Below the pieces are notes generated by a model. The model worked only from the letters and a program-made list of their open reading frames with translations, was not told where the DNA came from and ran no database searches. From Octopus vulgaris (Eukaryota): DNA of 64,000 nucleotides. Positions 41,641 through 55,918 of this stretch are shown here, one piece after another. The translations under genes and the position numbers were made by a program. Location of the stretch: NCBI GenBank assembly GCA_951406725.2, contig OX597837.1:46934001-46998000 (forward strand), in the 5' to 3' direction. Position 1 is the stretch's first letter; every line of letters starts with the position of its first letter.

Positions 41641-42311
41641 ATTCATATTTTTGATGGGTGGAACCATAATCAATAAAACAAATTGTAAAATAGTTTTTTT
41701 TTTAGTTTTAATCTTTAAGTTAAAAACATGTTTCTATTCGTGAAGCGGCGGTAATTTTAAGCAAATTCACCCGTAATTTTGTGCATTTAAAACCTGGATC
41801 CAGAGGATCTAGTTGAACAGAAGGGAAGTCGGCTACAGCAACGCATTGTGGATCTCCATCCCTGTCCGTTTTGATCTGGTCTTGTCACTGGATTGAAGAT
41901 GGTCAATGATGAGAGAGGGAGGTTGACGGTGAGCAGCTTTTCTTCACTTTAAACGAAGCCATTGTGTAAGTATTTGAACGTTCCTAGGATTGACCAGATG
42001 GTCTCCGTCGCTCCGCCAGACGAACATGTACTAAGGCAGAGAGTGTTCAACGAACGTTATTGGGTAATGGTGTCGAGGACAAGAAGATGTCAAGTTCATA
42101 AAAATATATGAAAAATTAAGCACAACAAATATTCAAATCTGTTAACCTAACAAAAATATTGGTTCAATTAGTTAAGAACACAGGAGGAAATGACAAAGAA
42201 TGTAAAACGGTGAATGTCTTTCGATCGGGTAAAAAAAAAATAACAAAAGAGACAATTGTGTATTAAGTGACGTTCTGAGGAAATAATTAGATTGTTGGAC
42301 GTTAGATCTTG

Positions 42312-42450
<139 letters not shown>

Positions 42451-42858
42451 TCACAAAGAAAGAAGCACGCTTCAACAATCCACTATCTCTTGCCTCTTAG
42501 ATAACAATAACAATAACGGGATGAGCCCAACAGAGGAGCCCTTAAGTGATTGTACAGCTTACTAGAAATAGTTACAAAAGTGTCCCTCAAACCACTCTCT
42601 GCTGTCTTGAAAAAAGAAAATACATGAGACGTTCCGGCAAGATTATATCGGAATCCTACAACACAACCATTATTTTAATCAATAAAGAAAGCCATATTTA
42701 CTTCCTTTTTTTTTTTAAAGCGATAGCGAAAAGACCGGGGTACACGGAGACTTATCTGCTGGAAAGCCTTTTATCATAGATCTGGTCAGTCCGGCTTGAC
42801 CTGGGGCTAAACAACAACATAATGAGATTAAGTAGGCTTTTAATAATTAAGTTTAATT

Positions 42859-43466
42859 TGTAGCAGAAGTGATTTACACTGTCATTATGTATGAGATGTT
42901 TTCGTGTTGACTTAACTAGGCTCCACAAGACCTTTTCGTTCCAGCAGGTCACATGACCTCGTGATTAAACGAAGCTGTTGTTTGTATTGGTCGGTTTCCA
43001 GCTGTCCAATCGTGTTGGCGCAACAGTTCATTTTTCCTTAGGCGGGAAATTAATCATCATCTCCTGGGAGCCTACTGATCTCTATAGGAACGACAGTTCT
43101 CGACTGCTCTAGGTCTTCGGCACTCGCCACTGACCACACGCAACTCGTCTCCGGCAACGATGTATCTGACACCAACCAGTCTCCGCTTTCATCTTCTCCG
43201 CCAGACGACGCCTGTCTACATCGTTGCCGTACAAAGAACACACGACCAAGAGATCAACGGCTGCCTCTACTACACACCACCAAAAAAGTACGTCAACTTT
43301 TGCCTACAAGACCAACAGTCCGGCCTAACCACGAAGTCTCTCACACATCTTTGTTGTAACCTGTTATGTGATTCTATTTCATGTAAGGCAATAACTGTAT
43401 TTATAACAGAGAACAAATCACCTCTCACCTCTTCATTTTCATCTCAAGTCGAATATCAATTCTACA
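42859..43466 (+). mobile_element. Probable solo LTR
   Basis: About 610-bp higher-complexity block bounded by the inverted termini TGTAG...CTACA. Flanks TAATT/TATTT resemble a TSD with one mismatch. Contains a CCAAT box. Confidence 0.55.
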
Positions 43467-43719
43467 TATTTTCACCATTTTCAATCTTCCTTATAAATTT
43501 CCAAATTCTGGGGTGGAAACATCAATGGGTGTGTGTAATAGAGAGCGCAGTGGGTATTGAAGCGAGTACCTTGGAACTATATTGTTGTTTTCCGTTGTTT
43601 TATCTTTGATGAAGATGAAACATGATCAAAGTTGTTCTCATGACAACCACTTAAGAAGGGTGTTTATTCCTACAGGTGTAGGAGAATCACGACAACAATC
43701 GCAAAGTTGGTTTTATTGT

Positions 43720-44090
43720 TATACCATTGCAACCACCACTTTCGCTGCTTCAATACAACTCCACATTAAACTGTTTCAATAAAACCAACAAATGTATTGA
43801 TACGAATATCGAGCCATTACAACCACCTCCGCTGATTTCTTTCATTAAAAATCATCAATGAAGATTATCGTTATAACCACTATTGTTAAATCATTTCATT
43901 ATAATCACCACTTATGTCATTACAATGATTTCTAAAACCCCGTTACGACCAACAATGAGATGTTTTATTGCCACTACGACATAGCGGTGTCATTACACTT
44001 AATAATCATTACAACCTCAGCTAAACTATTTCATTACAAGCGATACTGAGCTGTTTCATAACAATCTCATTCCAACTCTCTTCACTATCT
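43720..44090. repeat. Degenerate tandem repeat of about 25 bp (ATTACAACCACCACTGAGCTGTTTC-like)
   Basis: Recurrent CATTACAACC motif; resumes at about 44440-44560 after a SINE. Confidence 0.55.
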
Positions 44091-44099
44091 CATTAAGAA

Positions 44100-44412
44100 G
44101 GCGCATGGCTTTAGTGATTAGGGTATTCGGCTCACAGTCATAAGGTACGAGTTCGATTTCCGGCTGCACGAGTTGTCCTTGAGCAAGACACTTTATTTCA
44201 CTCAGATGGTAAAAATGAGCTGGACCTGTATTTCAAAGGGGCAGCCTTATCACATTCTGCGACATGCTGAATTTCTCTGAGAACCACGTCAAGAGTGTAC
44301 GCGTGTCTGTGGAGTGCTCGGCCACTTACACGTTAATTTCACGAGCCGACTGTTCCGTTGATCGGATCACCTGGAATCCTCGTTGTCGTCGTCGTCGCAA
44401 CCGACGGAGTGA
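44100..44412 (+). mobile_element. tRNA-derived SINE family D (CORE-like)
   Basis: GCGCATGGCTTTAGTGATTAGGG (A box), GAGTTCGATTTCC (B box), then GTCCTTGAGCAAGACACTT. Confidence 0.75.
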
Positions 44413-44829
44413 CAGACACTAAATCCATGCTCACTTGTGTTACGCCACTGAGCTGCTTCTTTACAGCCACAAATAAGCTGCGTTATTATAACCATCGCTT
44501 AACTATTTCAACATATCCAACATTGAGCTGAGCTTTGCCATGAGACCCATTGACCGTTACAATCACATCTGATCTTTCGGAGTAATAACAATCCATGAGA
44601 TATTTTTGCAAATTTGCACGCAGTTAAAACAAATGTTGTTTTTAAGAGAAAAATACAATTTCCAATGGAATTATTGTACATATGCAGCCACAAGAATGAA
44701 TAGACGAAGCTATATGCAGGAAGCGGTTAAGATTGGAATTTCTAACCCGCTGAACTGAGGAAGAAAAAGTTTGCCCATCTAAGGTCAATGGAAGACGAAT
44801 TTAGTCAAGTGTATTTGATAATGTCTGAT

Positions 44830-45240
44830 CACAAAACAATGACGTAATAATGATTCCTGGAGGCCTTACAAGAGTTTCACAAAGCTTTAGATGGGTGTTA
44901 GTAAACTATTTGCGGTTATGGTGATGAGAGTAAGTGGACGTGTGAGGGGAGTAAAGATCATGCTCAAAATGGGAAGCGAATGGGCTCCATCGGTGTCTCT
45001 GATCTGTGAATGGATCGTTAAATCATGGAAAGAAATTAAAGCTGACATCATTATCAAATCCTTCAAGAAATGAAGAACATTGAACGCATTGGTTTCTACA
45101 GAAGGCGAATATCCGTTCGATGATGATGATGATGATGATGATCATGATGATGTGCAGCCTATAATTACGGATAGCAATGATGAAGAGGATCTGCGCAACG
45201 ATATCGTTTATCCTGATGATTATGAAGGCTTTATTTAGTT
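44830..45240 (+). mobile_element. pogo/Tigger-like DDE transposase C-terminal remnant
   Basis: IPGGLT... and PSVSLICEWIVKSWKEIKADIIIKSFKK followed by an acidic tail. Confidence 0.75.
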
Positions 45241-45719
45241 TTGAAGATGATTAACAGGATGGTTTTGCAGGGGTTTAATGAAGTTTTGTGTTTGAAATGT
45301 CTAAGATTAATTATCTCCGTTCTAATTTATAACCATATTAAATTCCTGCTCCAATTTTGCGTGCATAAATAAAACTTAAGAATTCATTTTCATTGGCCGT
45401 AATTATCGTTTTCATTTTAATATTTATATTAAATGCTGTTGCATTGAATTACTTCATTAAGGAAACAAATTCAGCTCCGATTTGCGGAACTGTGAGCAGT
45501 GGGACTTCGACAAACATAATCCATCAAATATAAATATATGCAAATAAACGCCAAGGGTTAAAAAACATAGAGACGTTATGGGATTGTATTTACTTGATAA
45601 GACGCGTTTTGGTGTATTTATTGGCTGATTATTGGGATTATTTCTGTAAATCAGTTTTTTTCAGTCTAAAGAATTGAACCTTTACGCGCGCATGTGTTTG
45701 TTTATACGTTTGTGATTAT

Positions 45720-45794
45720 ACGGTCTGGGAATCGAAGCCGCGATCCTCCGACCGCGAGTCTGTCCCCCCCCCTAACCACTGGGCCATTGCGCCT

Positions 45795-45797
<3 letters not shown>
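45720..45797 (-). mobile_element. tRNA-like SINE head
   Basis: Minus strand reads GGAGGCGCAATGGCCCAGTGGTTAGG...GGCTTCGATTCCC. Confidence 0.6.
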
Positions 45798-45845
<48 letters not shown>

Positions 45846-45942
45846 TACATACATACATATATGCAGACATACATTAGCGCACCCGCACACACACACACAC
45901 ACACACACATACACTCATATAAAAAGGAAAACTACATATATA

Positions 45943-46109
45943 GACGCAGGAGTGGCTGTGTGGTAAGTAGCTTGCTTACCAACCACATGGTTCCGGGTTC
46001 AGTCCCACTGCGTGGCATCTTGGGCAAGTGTCTTCTACTATAGGCTCGGGCCGACCAAAGTCTTGTGAGTGGATTTGGTAGACGGAAACTGGAAGAAGCT
46101 CGTCATCTA

Positions 46110-46154
<45 letters not shown>

Positions 46155-46370
46155 ATGTATTTGTGTGTCCGTGTTTGTCCGCCCAACATCGATTGACAAC
46201 CGATGGTGTTGTGTTTACATCCCCGTCACTTAGCGGTTCTGCAAAAGAGACCGATAGAATAAGTACTAGGCTTACAAAGAATAAGTCCTGGAGTCGATTT
46301 GCTCGACTAAAGGCGGTGCTCCAGCATGGCCGCAGTCAAATGACTGAAACAAGTAAAAGAGTAAAGAGTA
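45943..46370 (+). mobile_element. SINE family A, full length
   Basis: Complete head, internal (TA)/(TG) microsatellite and ...GACTGAAACAAGTAAAAGAGTAAAGAG tail. Confidence 0.92.
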
Positions 46371-46522
46371 GGAACCTGGTACGCGATAGAATTTATCAGT
46401 TAGAATTTATCACGGACAAAAAGTGAGCACTGCATAAAATCCGATACCGCATTCTAACTGAGTATGTATGTATGTATGTATGTATGCATGTATGTATGTA
46501 TGTATGTATGTATGTATGTATG

Positions 46523-46559
<37 letters not shown>

Positions 46560-46795
46560 CCGTTTTGTCACACAGATCAGATCTGACATAAATAAGCCAA
46601 GAATGGTAAGCTGGAGAACCCAGAGAATATTTAGATTTTATTTCCTTTCGGTGCCTCTTTTTTTTTTTACGTATATTTTTGAGGTTATATTTATTGTATT
46701 ATTGTCTGATTTTTCATCGAAGACATCGTTACACCGTGTACATATGTTGTTATTGAGTGAATTTGAAATCGCGACTGATTGGTGACAGATATTAC

Positions 46796-46796
<1 letters not shown>

Positions 46797-46835
<39 letters not shown>

Positions 46836-46876
46836 CAACAACAACAACAACAACAATAATAATAATGATGATGATG

Positions 46877-46930
<54 letters not shown>

Positions 46931-46948
46931 GTAATAATGATAATGATG

Positions 46949-47047
<99 letters not shown>

Positions 47048-47089
47048 GTAATAATGATAATGATGATAATAATAATAATAATAATAATA

Positions 47090-47154
<65 letters not shown>

Positions 47155-47157
47155 ATG

Positions 47158-47212
<55 letters not shown>

Positions 47213-47220
47213 TAATAATA

Positions 47221-47273
<53 letters not shown>

Positions 47274-47274
47274 A

Positions 47275-47306
<32 letters not shown>

Positions 47307-47307
47307 A

Positions 47308-47357
<50 letters not shown>

Positions 47358-47373
47358 AATAATAATAATAATA

Positions 47374-47426
<53 letters not shown>

Positions 47427-47446
47427 GGTGGTGGTAGTGGTGGTGG

Positions 47447-47477
<31 letters not shown>

Positions 47478-47484
47478 GATGATG

Positions 47485-47516
<32 letters not shown>

Positions 47517-47520
47517 GATC
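46797..47520. repeat. Compound (AAT)n/(GAT)n/(GGT)n array
   Basis: Read directly from the sequence. Confidence 0.96.
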
Positions 47521-48167
47521 GCTGAAGTATTATATTGCTTCAGTTTGATATCAGCGATGGTTATTTCTCTCTTCAGCAATATTCTCAGATATCTGGCACC
47601 GTTATTATTGAATGCTGATTGGATGGTGAGAATAAGAGCGTTTGATTGGTTCGTGGGAAGCAAGAACACTATCTTATGTAATTTTTGTTGTTGTTGTTGT
47701 TAGTGTTTAGGTTGTTGCTATTTAGCCCCAGGTCAGCTCTGATCTAGTCGATCTTTGGTAACATTAAAAAGAGTGCCCAGCCGCAAAAATTCTGTTTTCT
47801 TATCTTTTTTTTTATCAGGTTCTATATTAGTTGTGTGGCAGACAAAAAATAAAATAAAATAAAATAAAAATAATAATAAAAAGTCCGGGATAGTTACAGG
47901 TAAAACAACTGATTACAGTTCACCTCGATCAGAGGTAAGACAATGAAAAATAGCATCATGCCTTCATGCAGCCTCCTCGCTTACTACTTTTCTCTCCGCC
48001 TCAAACACCAAATGGCGTTTTCACGTTTTCCCCATGGAATTTGAAAATTAAACTGACAGTGTACTTTATCCTGATGTGTTGCTGTTGTTGTTGTTGTTGT
48101 TTAGTTAGAGATCGGTCAACACAGACCAGGCTTAGGATGAAAGGCCTGGTCTCCATGTTTCCCGCCC

Positions 48168-48995
48168 TGCTGGGTGTATTCCAGAAGTTTCGAGACTTTT
48201 CCAAGGGAGACACTTATCAATTTCAAAGAGGTACAAAACTAGCCTCCTACCAAGTGGCATCCTCTGACATCAATGCACTCATAGCACTCCAGCCACTTCG
48301 TGAAGGTTCCATGGAAGTCTCCAAACTGAAGGTGTCCAGAATCCTTGCCACAGCCTCCTTCATCTTCTCCTTCAGCTTGGAAAACAACTAAAAATCACTG
48401 GGAGCAGAGTCTGGACCGTAGGGAACACGAAGAAATCTTTGTTGTCCACCTTTGTCCAATTGTTGGTTACCAGGATGGAATTGTTGACTGGTGCATTGTC
48501 CTGGTGCAGGGGTTTTCTTTTGCGGCGAAGTCTCTTCGTGAAATCCCCCCAAAATCCACCACAACGTACCCTTTGTTAATCGTTTGACCAGAGGGAATCC
48601 AGTAGATGTAGATGATGCCCTTGCTGTTGAAAAAAAGGGGATCATCACAAACTTCCTGGTGAAACTTGCTTGTCAGCGAAAAAGTAGTCCGGCTGATTAG
48701 CAGTCTGGAGTATTTTATAATTTTCTGTCGCATTTTTGCCCAGCTTAACACAAAACTTTAATGCATGGCGAACTTCTAAACTGTTTTCCCGTCGTGATTG
48801 CATTCTGAAATCTAGTCAGCTGTGAAAAGCAATGTTTGGCAATGCCACAGCCGTCTCCTTCAATCTGGAATAACAAAAGTTATCAGGTCAGCTTATTAAA
48901 AGTATAGTAATGATACACTAAAACCGCAATGATCTAGAACAGTTAAAACTGCCTCACCTAAAGAAGTTTCAAAACTTTTGGAATGCACTTCCTAT
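48168..48995 (-). mobile_element. Internally deleted mariner element with both TIRs
   Basis: TIRs GGGTGTATTCCAGAAGTTTCGAGACTT and AAGTTTCAAAACTTTTGGAATGCACTTC. Minus-strand remnants WIPSGQTINKGY and HQDNAP. Confidence 0.8.
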
Positions 48996-50500
48996 ATTGA
49001 ATCGCTAAATATAAAGGTTTTGTATTTCTTCATTGACCAAAAATGGTAAATATTCTTTCTGACATAATCTCTTGAATCCTACATGACCGAACACTTTTAA
49101 TCCGTCGCCTGTTTCTTCGTCAGTTCTTTTGTATTGGACTTGTCCGAGGAAAAGGGACTTCGAAATCGATGCAGTTTAACGTTCCTATTGAACAAGTGAA
49201 AGTCGACGACTGCAGAACTGCAGAAAAATAAAAACAGCATTGACACAGTCATCTCCCCTGTAAGTATCCTCATCGAAAGGATTCGGGTCGGACCCCTCCC
49301 CTGCTTCTCTCAACAATCGTGGAGGTCCTGTCGCGAAAATCATTTACCATAAACTATGTAGGTTGAACCAATGAATTCTTTATAACCGCAAAACAATTTA
49401 TAATTATTCTAGAAATCTACTGGTCCAAAACAAGGGATTAAATTGATTATTTTATTATGAAAAAAACCCCCAAAAAACAAAAGGAAAAAGAAAAACCGAA
49501 TTCACCTTCAATATTTTCTCTATTAACAGGTGTTAAAAGTGTCTCATCATGAAAGAGATTTTTGCTCACTTGAAATGATTAACAAAGTTTTGCTGAGTTC
49601 AATGTTATATTGGTTTGAAATTTTGGAACAAGGCCAGAAATTTCTGTGGAGGGAATAAGTTGGTTACATCGAAAGGATGAAAAGTAAAGTCAACCACGGC
49701 GGTATTTGAACTCTAAAATATTTGGTCCGGCGCCTTAACGATTCTGCAAGGTTGCCGCGTTAGTTGAATGTTATGTTCACTCAGTTTACGTTGAGTAAAG
49801 CCTTCAGATACGCTTACACCCAACGCCAACAATACTGAACACTTAAATACACTGCCAATCCTTCCGCCTCACAACTACATCCCACCGCTCACTCTTCCTC
49901 ACTGAAGTTCATTCAACGCCCTCGTTTTTTGCTTTCTGCAAAGATCAGCCCACACGAGGTCAAGCTGAACTGCAGCCGCAACGGTCTGCGAGTCTGTTTG
50001 TTTGTATGTGTACGATGGCGGAGGTGATGGTGGAGGTGATGGTGGAGGTGATGGTGGAGGTAAGTGAGTGCGGGTCAGTGGTTGTGCGTTTGTGTATGCG
50101 TGTTTGTGTCTGTGTGTGTATTTATGTTTGTATGTGTGTGGAAGTGGTGTATATGTGTTCGTTTATATCGGGGTGTGTATGTAGAAGTATGTGTATGTGG
50201 GGTATGCATTTGTGTGTGTATGTGTTGGGTGCATGTATGTGAATGTGTGTCTGTTTATGTATGTGTGCCAGTACATCTGTGTGTGTGTGTGTGTGTTGGT
50301 GTGCGTGCATCGTATGTTTGTGTGTATGTGTGTGCTTGCATGTGTGTGTGTGTGTGTGTTTATGTGAGTGTGTGAATATTGGTTGTGTATTTGATGTCGA
50401 CGAGAGAGAGATATTGTCAAGGCCATTGTCATCACCCCCCCTTCTCTTCCTCTTCCTTCTTCAAATAATTGTTTAAAAATATATAAACGTATATATATAT

Positions 50501-50559
<59 letters not shown>

Positions 50560-50853
50560 TAAAATATATAAACGTATTTACAGCCACTCATCTAAACAGC
50601 CACATGCACGCACGCACACACACATATGCGTGTACATATACACATGTACGAGTACATATACATACATGTATATACGCATACATATACATACACAAATCGA
50701 TATTCATACAAGCAATTATACATACACACAGACGCAAACACCTTTACCCAAATATACACGCTCAAGCACCGATTTTCCCCGTAAACATACATACATGCAT
50801 ACATACATACATCCATCCATCCATCCATACATACATACATACATACATACATG

Positions 50854-50889
<36 letters not shown>

Positions 50890-51072
50890 TGCATACACAC
50901 ACACACACACGAATATATTCACGAACATACACCCACATACATGTACACCCATTCACATACACACAACTACCCACCCACCCACACACATGCACGAAAACAG
51001 CAAACATGCATGTGCATATACACACACATACACACATATGCACAACAATTCGTACTCACACAAACACTACAA

Positions 51073-51270
<198 letters not shown>

Positions 51271-51635
51271 GATCACACTCACACGAAGCTCATTTCTGTT
51301 CTTTTCCACCGGAGATGCTGATGCGATTTTTGATCCGTTTCAGACTCTGTGACTCCTCAATCTCGTTAGTTTCTTGTCTTCCGAATCATTTCGTTCGACT
51401 CAGTGACCCAAACTTTGCTGTTTATGCTGTTGTTGTTGTTGTTATTGTTTCTATTGTTTGTTTGTTGTTGTTACTGTTCTTACCGTCGCTCTTGCTCTCC
51501 ATTACTGACTTAATAACCCAGGTTTCCAGGATTTTTTTGCAATTCATCTTTTGCCTTTGTCTTTATTCAGATTTTTTTTTCTATAAAATTCTGGCCAATG
51601 ATTGGCATATTAACACCACCCCCCACACACACACA

Positions 51636-51689
<54 letters not shown>

Positions 51690-51914
51690 CACACATATGC
51701 GTTCATACATGGACACACTGCACATATACACGTATACAAACCACGTAATATAAATACATGTTCAGAGAAGCATCCACACTCTCTCTCTCACACACACATA
51801 TAATACACGCACACATAATTCAAATATTCGCAGTATTTACATACATACACGCATGCGTTTATTCATCCATCCATGTTTACGAATATGTTTGTATGAATAT
51901 GTGTAATAAGTTGA

Positions 51915-52130
51915 ATTCAAATTTTGGCACAAGGCCAGCAACTTCGGGGTAGGTGGAGCAAATTGATTTCGTCGACCCCAGTAATAGGTTCGTACTTATT
52001 TTATCGACCCCGAAAGAATGAAAGGACCTCGGAGAAATTTGAATTCAGAACGTTAAGACGGACGAAATGTCGCCAAACTTTTGATCCGGTATGCTAAAGG
52101 TTCTGCCCGGCATGCTAACGATTCAGCCTT
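51915..52130 (-). mobile_element. SINE family B variant, decayed
   Basis: TTTTGGCACAAGGCCAGC...CGACCCC...ATTTGAATTCAGAACG...GACGAAAT; a similar copy lies at about 49615-49760. Confidence 0.65.
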
Positions 52131-52666
52131 AATATGTCTATATATTGTGAACCACTAGTCAAGCGTACTCACATAAAATACACATGCACACACACAGACA
52201 GACACATGGACTCACACAAAACAAATTTGTTACCTTTTTCATCTCTTCTAGAAATTAACACGACACTCATGTGTGTATAGGCAGGAGGGAAAAAAGTGTA
52301 CTCAATATTCGCAATAGAATGGCGATTTGTGAATGTTGAGCTTCTATTAAAATACGCTGCACTCTTGTTTGTGATTTGGGTTCTTTCAAAAAGAAAACAA
52401 AAACGGATCAAACAGATGACAATAGATCGTAAGACACACTCGTCGATATACATAAAGATGTGGGATTCCAGACTAGATAGGTTTGCTCAATTTGAACTGA
52501 TCTGGAGTTTAACAATAATTGCCGTGTGGACCTCAACCTCAAATTTCCCACAAACTATGTAACCTGCATCATCTTTAAAATACATTAGAAAATACAGTCC
52601 CTGATATTCACGCGCACGTACCATCCATCTTTTCATTCTCTCTCCATTTCTTTTCTCTCTTTATTC

Positions 52667-52701
52667 CTTTCTGAAGAAGAGCGTAGGCTCGAAACGTCAG
52701 A
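52667..52701 (+). ncRNA. Minimal type I hammerhead-like motif within a family H repeat (about 52620-52750)
   Basis: CUUU-CUGAAGA-A-GAGC(GUAG)GCUC-GAAA-CG-UC|AGA: canonical CUGANGA and GAAA, a 4-bp stem II, palindromic ACGU stem III and a GUC triplet at 52696-52698. Confidence 0.6.
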
Positions 52702-53864
52702 CTTAATTCAGCTTTCCTGACCGTCAAATTAATATACCCAGTCTGTTTTTCTCTCACCCGTATGTGTGTGTATGTATATATATACATACACACAAATACA
52801 CACATACATACACATACATGCACACACGCAGACACACATGCATACATACACATACATACATACAAACATACATACACACAGATACACACACACTTACACA
52901 CACACACATATGTATGTATGCATATATGCATGTATGTATGTATGCATGTGTGAATGTATGCCTTTTCTTTTGTTTGTTTGTTTACGTCACTGTAACCTAG
53001 CGATTCGGCAAAAGAGAGCAACACAATAAATCGTATACTTAAAATTACCTACTCGTATCGAATTATCCGGCTAAACTCTTGAAGACAGTGCTCCAGCATG
53101 GCTGCAATCTATACGTATTCACACACACACACACACACACAATCAAGGGACAGCATACACCATCACACTCAAATGTTCCTCCTTCCACACTCTTTCTTTT
53201 CTTCATCTTCTCTTTGACCCTCTCTCTCTCTCTCCTCTATTTTCCTTCTTCCTTATCCTCTTATTTCTCCTACTCTTCGTTCATCTGTTCCTCCCCTTCC
53301 TCCTACTCATTCTTCAGTTCATTCTCCTTCCCCTTCTCCTCCCCCTCGTCATATGTCGTCTGCTCGTTCAGGTTTCCATTTTTTCTATCATTTTTTTAAA
53401 TTTTCAACCCAAGTGACCCAACAGGAAGTTAGCTTACCGTACGCTAACTTCCGGTTGTAGTGCACGAATAATTAAAAGACAATTGGTTGTGGGGGCGTTG
53501 GTGGTGTTAGTGGAAGAGAAATTTGGCGGTGGCGGCGGTGGCATTGGTGAGAGGATGGTAGTGGAGATACGTTGGTAACGATAGAGTTTACTGACGTAAT
53601 GTTGAGTTGCAGTATAGGCAGCAGCGGTGAAGGTAGTCGGTTGCAATGATGGTAGTAGTGCTGTTAGAAATGGTGAGGGAGTTAATGAACGATGGCAGTA
53701 GTGGTGCTAACGATGATGAAAACAGAAGTGGTGGTGGTTGCGGTGGTGGCAGTGGTGATGGTGGTGGTGGTGGTGGTGATGGTGATGGTGATGGTGGTGG
53801 TGGTGGAGGTAGTGGTAATAGTAATGGAGGTGATTGTGGTGGTGGCGGTGAAGATACAATAAGT

Positions 53865-54505
53865 CAGTGTGAAATAAAAGGAATTGGCACAACGCGAATA
53901 CAAAAGACGCCATGACAATGTGGCAAGAAAGATCCATTGGGAGCTCTGTGGAAATCACGGCCTACAAAGAGCAAACACGTGGTATGAGCAAATTCCAGAA
54001 GGAGTCACCGAAAATGAGAATTGTAAAATCTTGTGGGATGCAATGTGCGATCACCTGACCAGACATCGGAAACTGGACTTTGTTGTGGTGAATAAAAGAG
54101 AAAGACCATGTATGATAATGGACATAGCATGTCCCGATAACAACAGGATCAATGTGAAAGAAGAAGGAAAAATAAACAGCTATGACGATTTGAAGTTGGA
54201 AATACGAAGGTTGTGGTCAATGAAGTGAGTAGACGTGATACCAATAGTAATTGGTGCGGTTGGAAGTATCAGCACTCAACTACCAACGTGGCTGAAAAAG
54301 ATTGGTGCAAATGTGGAGGTAGAACACTTACAAAAATCATCATTGCTTAGAACTGCAAGAATTCTTCGAAGGGTTCTTGAAGTATGACCAGTAAACAAGT
54401 GTCATCTTAGTCTGCTGGCTGTGGACAGCTGACACTTTCTATCATACCCAGCAAAATAAACTGTGTGATTTCCACTCTGAGCACTGGAAATCGGATCCTT
54501 TCCGT
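53865..54505 (+). mobile_element. R4/Dong-clade LINE 3' end (RLE domain)
   Basis: LAQREYKRRHDNVARKIHWELC...ENENCKILWD...DIACP...KINSYDDLKLEIRRLW..*VDVIPIVIGAVG...LQKSSLLRTARILRRVLEV* (stop at 54385-54387). Confidence 0.9.
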
Positions 54506-54507
54506 TA

Positions 54508-54559
<52 letters not shown>

Positions 54560-55918
54560 TTTGTATCACCACAAATCTTCCTGTATATTTCATATACAGC
54601 ATTGTTCAAACTGTTTCCTATTTCTGTAGGATGTGTACTACTCAAGACTTGTTTTTCGAATAAAAAATATCTAAAGGATTATTCTGCGCATATTACATAC
54701 GCCATAAAAATCTTATACGAACATTCCTTATGAGTTTACTTGTATCTGCGCAGCTGTAATACAAATGAAGAATAGAACCTAAAATATCTGAAGAAAATCT
54801 TCCTCTGAGATTAATCAGTAAACAGATTTTCATGCATATTTACAGATACTCATTTTTTATTTTTCATAACTTCCGCACTTTCCCAACTGAAGCCATGTAT
54901 TTCTGGTCATTTGCCAAGATCTCTGCCAAACTGCCAAACTCTTTCTAACAAATCTCTGATCAACTGTCTTAGTCAGCAAATATTCCCGGAATTATAACTA
55001 CCATATTTGATTTCCTTAATCTTTAGGTTCACCCCTTCTTTATCTCTCTCTTTTTTTTTTACTATAACACAGGTTTTAATCGTCAGGTAAATTACATTAT
55101 TGGTTGATTAAAAAATCCGTATAAAACTCTCGATCTCCCCAGTCTAGCAAGTGTTGTGAAGAGCATGGGCACTGTAACTCTTTCCTCTCTCTATAAAAAA
55201 AAAAGAGAGTACCTGGTTTGGATGGCCTCATTGGCACTATAGAATTGTACCTGCTTTTAGCCATTTCAGCTCAGAAATGATGACAAGCCGAACTTAGTTG
55301 AATGAATCGACGGACGCTTCTGTCTTTAGGTTTACAACCCATTTACATTAGCATTTCGGCGGTGCAGGGCAGACATTTCCTTTTTATTTTGTTGAGTTTT
55401 TTGATTTCCTATTTCACCCATTCAATGATACGGAAATACATACTTCTACTGCGAGACTATTAGACGTAATGATCTTATTACAGGAATTCACTTCGAACTT
55501 AAGGACAAGACATATTCGATAATTGTACTCTTTTGTAATGATTTCTTTCATACAAGTAGTGTTATCAAGTACCTGTCCTCAACGCCATAATGTTTGTAAA
55601 TCTTTGTTCAGGTTGATGTTGTTTGTGATAGTGTTATTCTTTCTCTGCTCGACAATCTTACTAGAAATAAATAACATAATAAATGGGTGTTTCTCTGGTC
55701 ATCCCAGTTTGTGCAACAGATAATTTGTTTTAAGTAAAACACTGATATGTATCAATCAGAAATGAAGGACCTTATCTGTATCTCCTAGATTTAGTATTCA
55801 AAAGATGACATAAGTAATTTTATCAGCGGTAAAGTTAACGCAATTCCCCATGTGAAATGTCCATTCTTCCAGATGAATACATACAGTTGTTTCGTTGCAA
55901 GAGAAGGCTTAATTGAAT

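Noticed and set aside
43720-44560. CRISPR-like or functional spaced-repeat array (also 61430-61870)
   Set aside because: Units are degenerate and contiguous without unique spacers, the context is eukaryotic, and there are no cas genes.
45720-45797. Possible tRNA gene (likewise the heads at 357, 18370, 29613, 44100, 45943 and 56862)
   Set aside because: A and B boxes are present but there is no complete cloverleaf, and the heads continue into multi-copy SINE bodies or are truncated copies of them.
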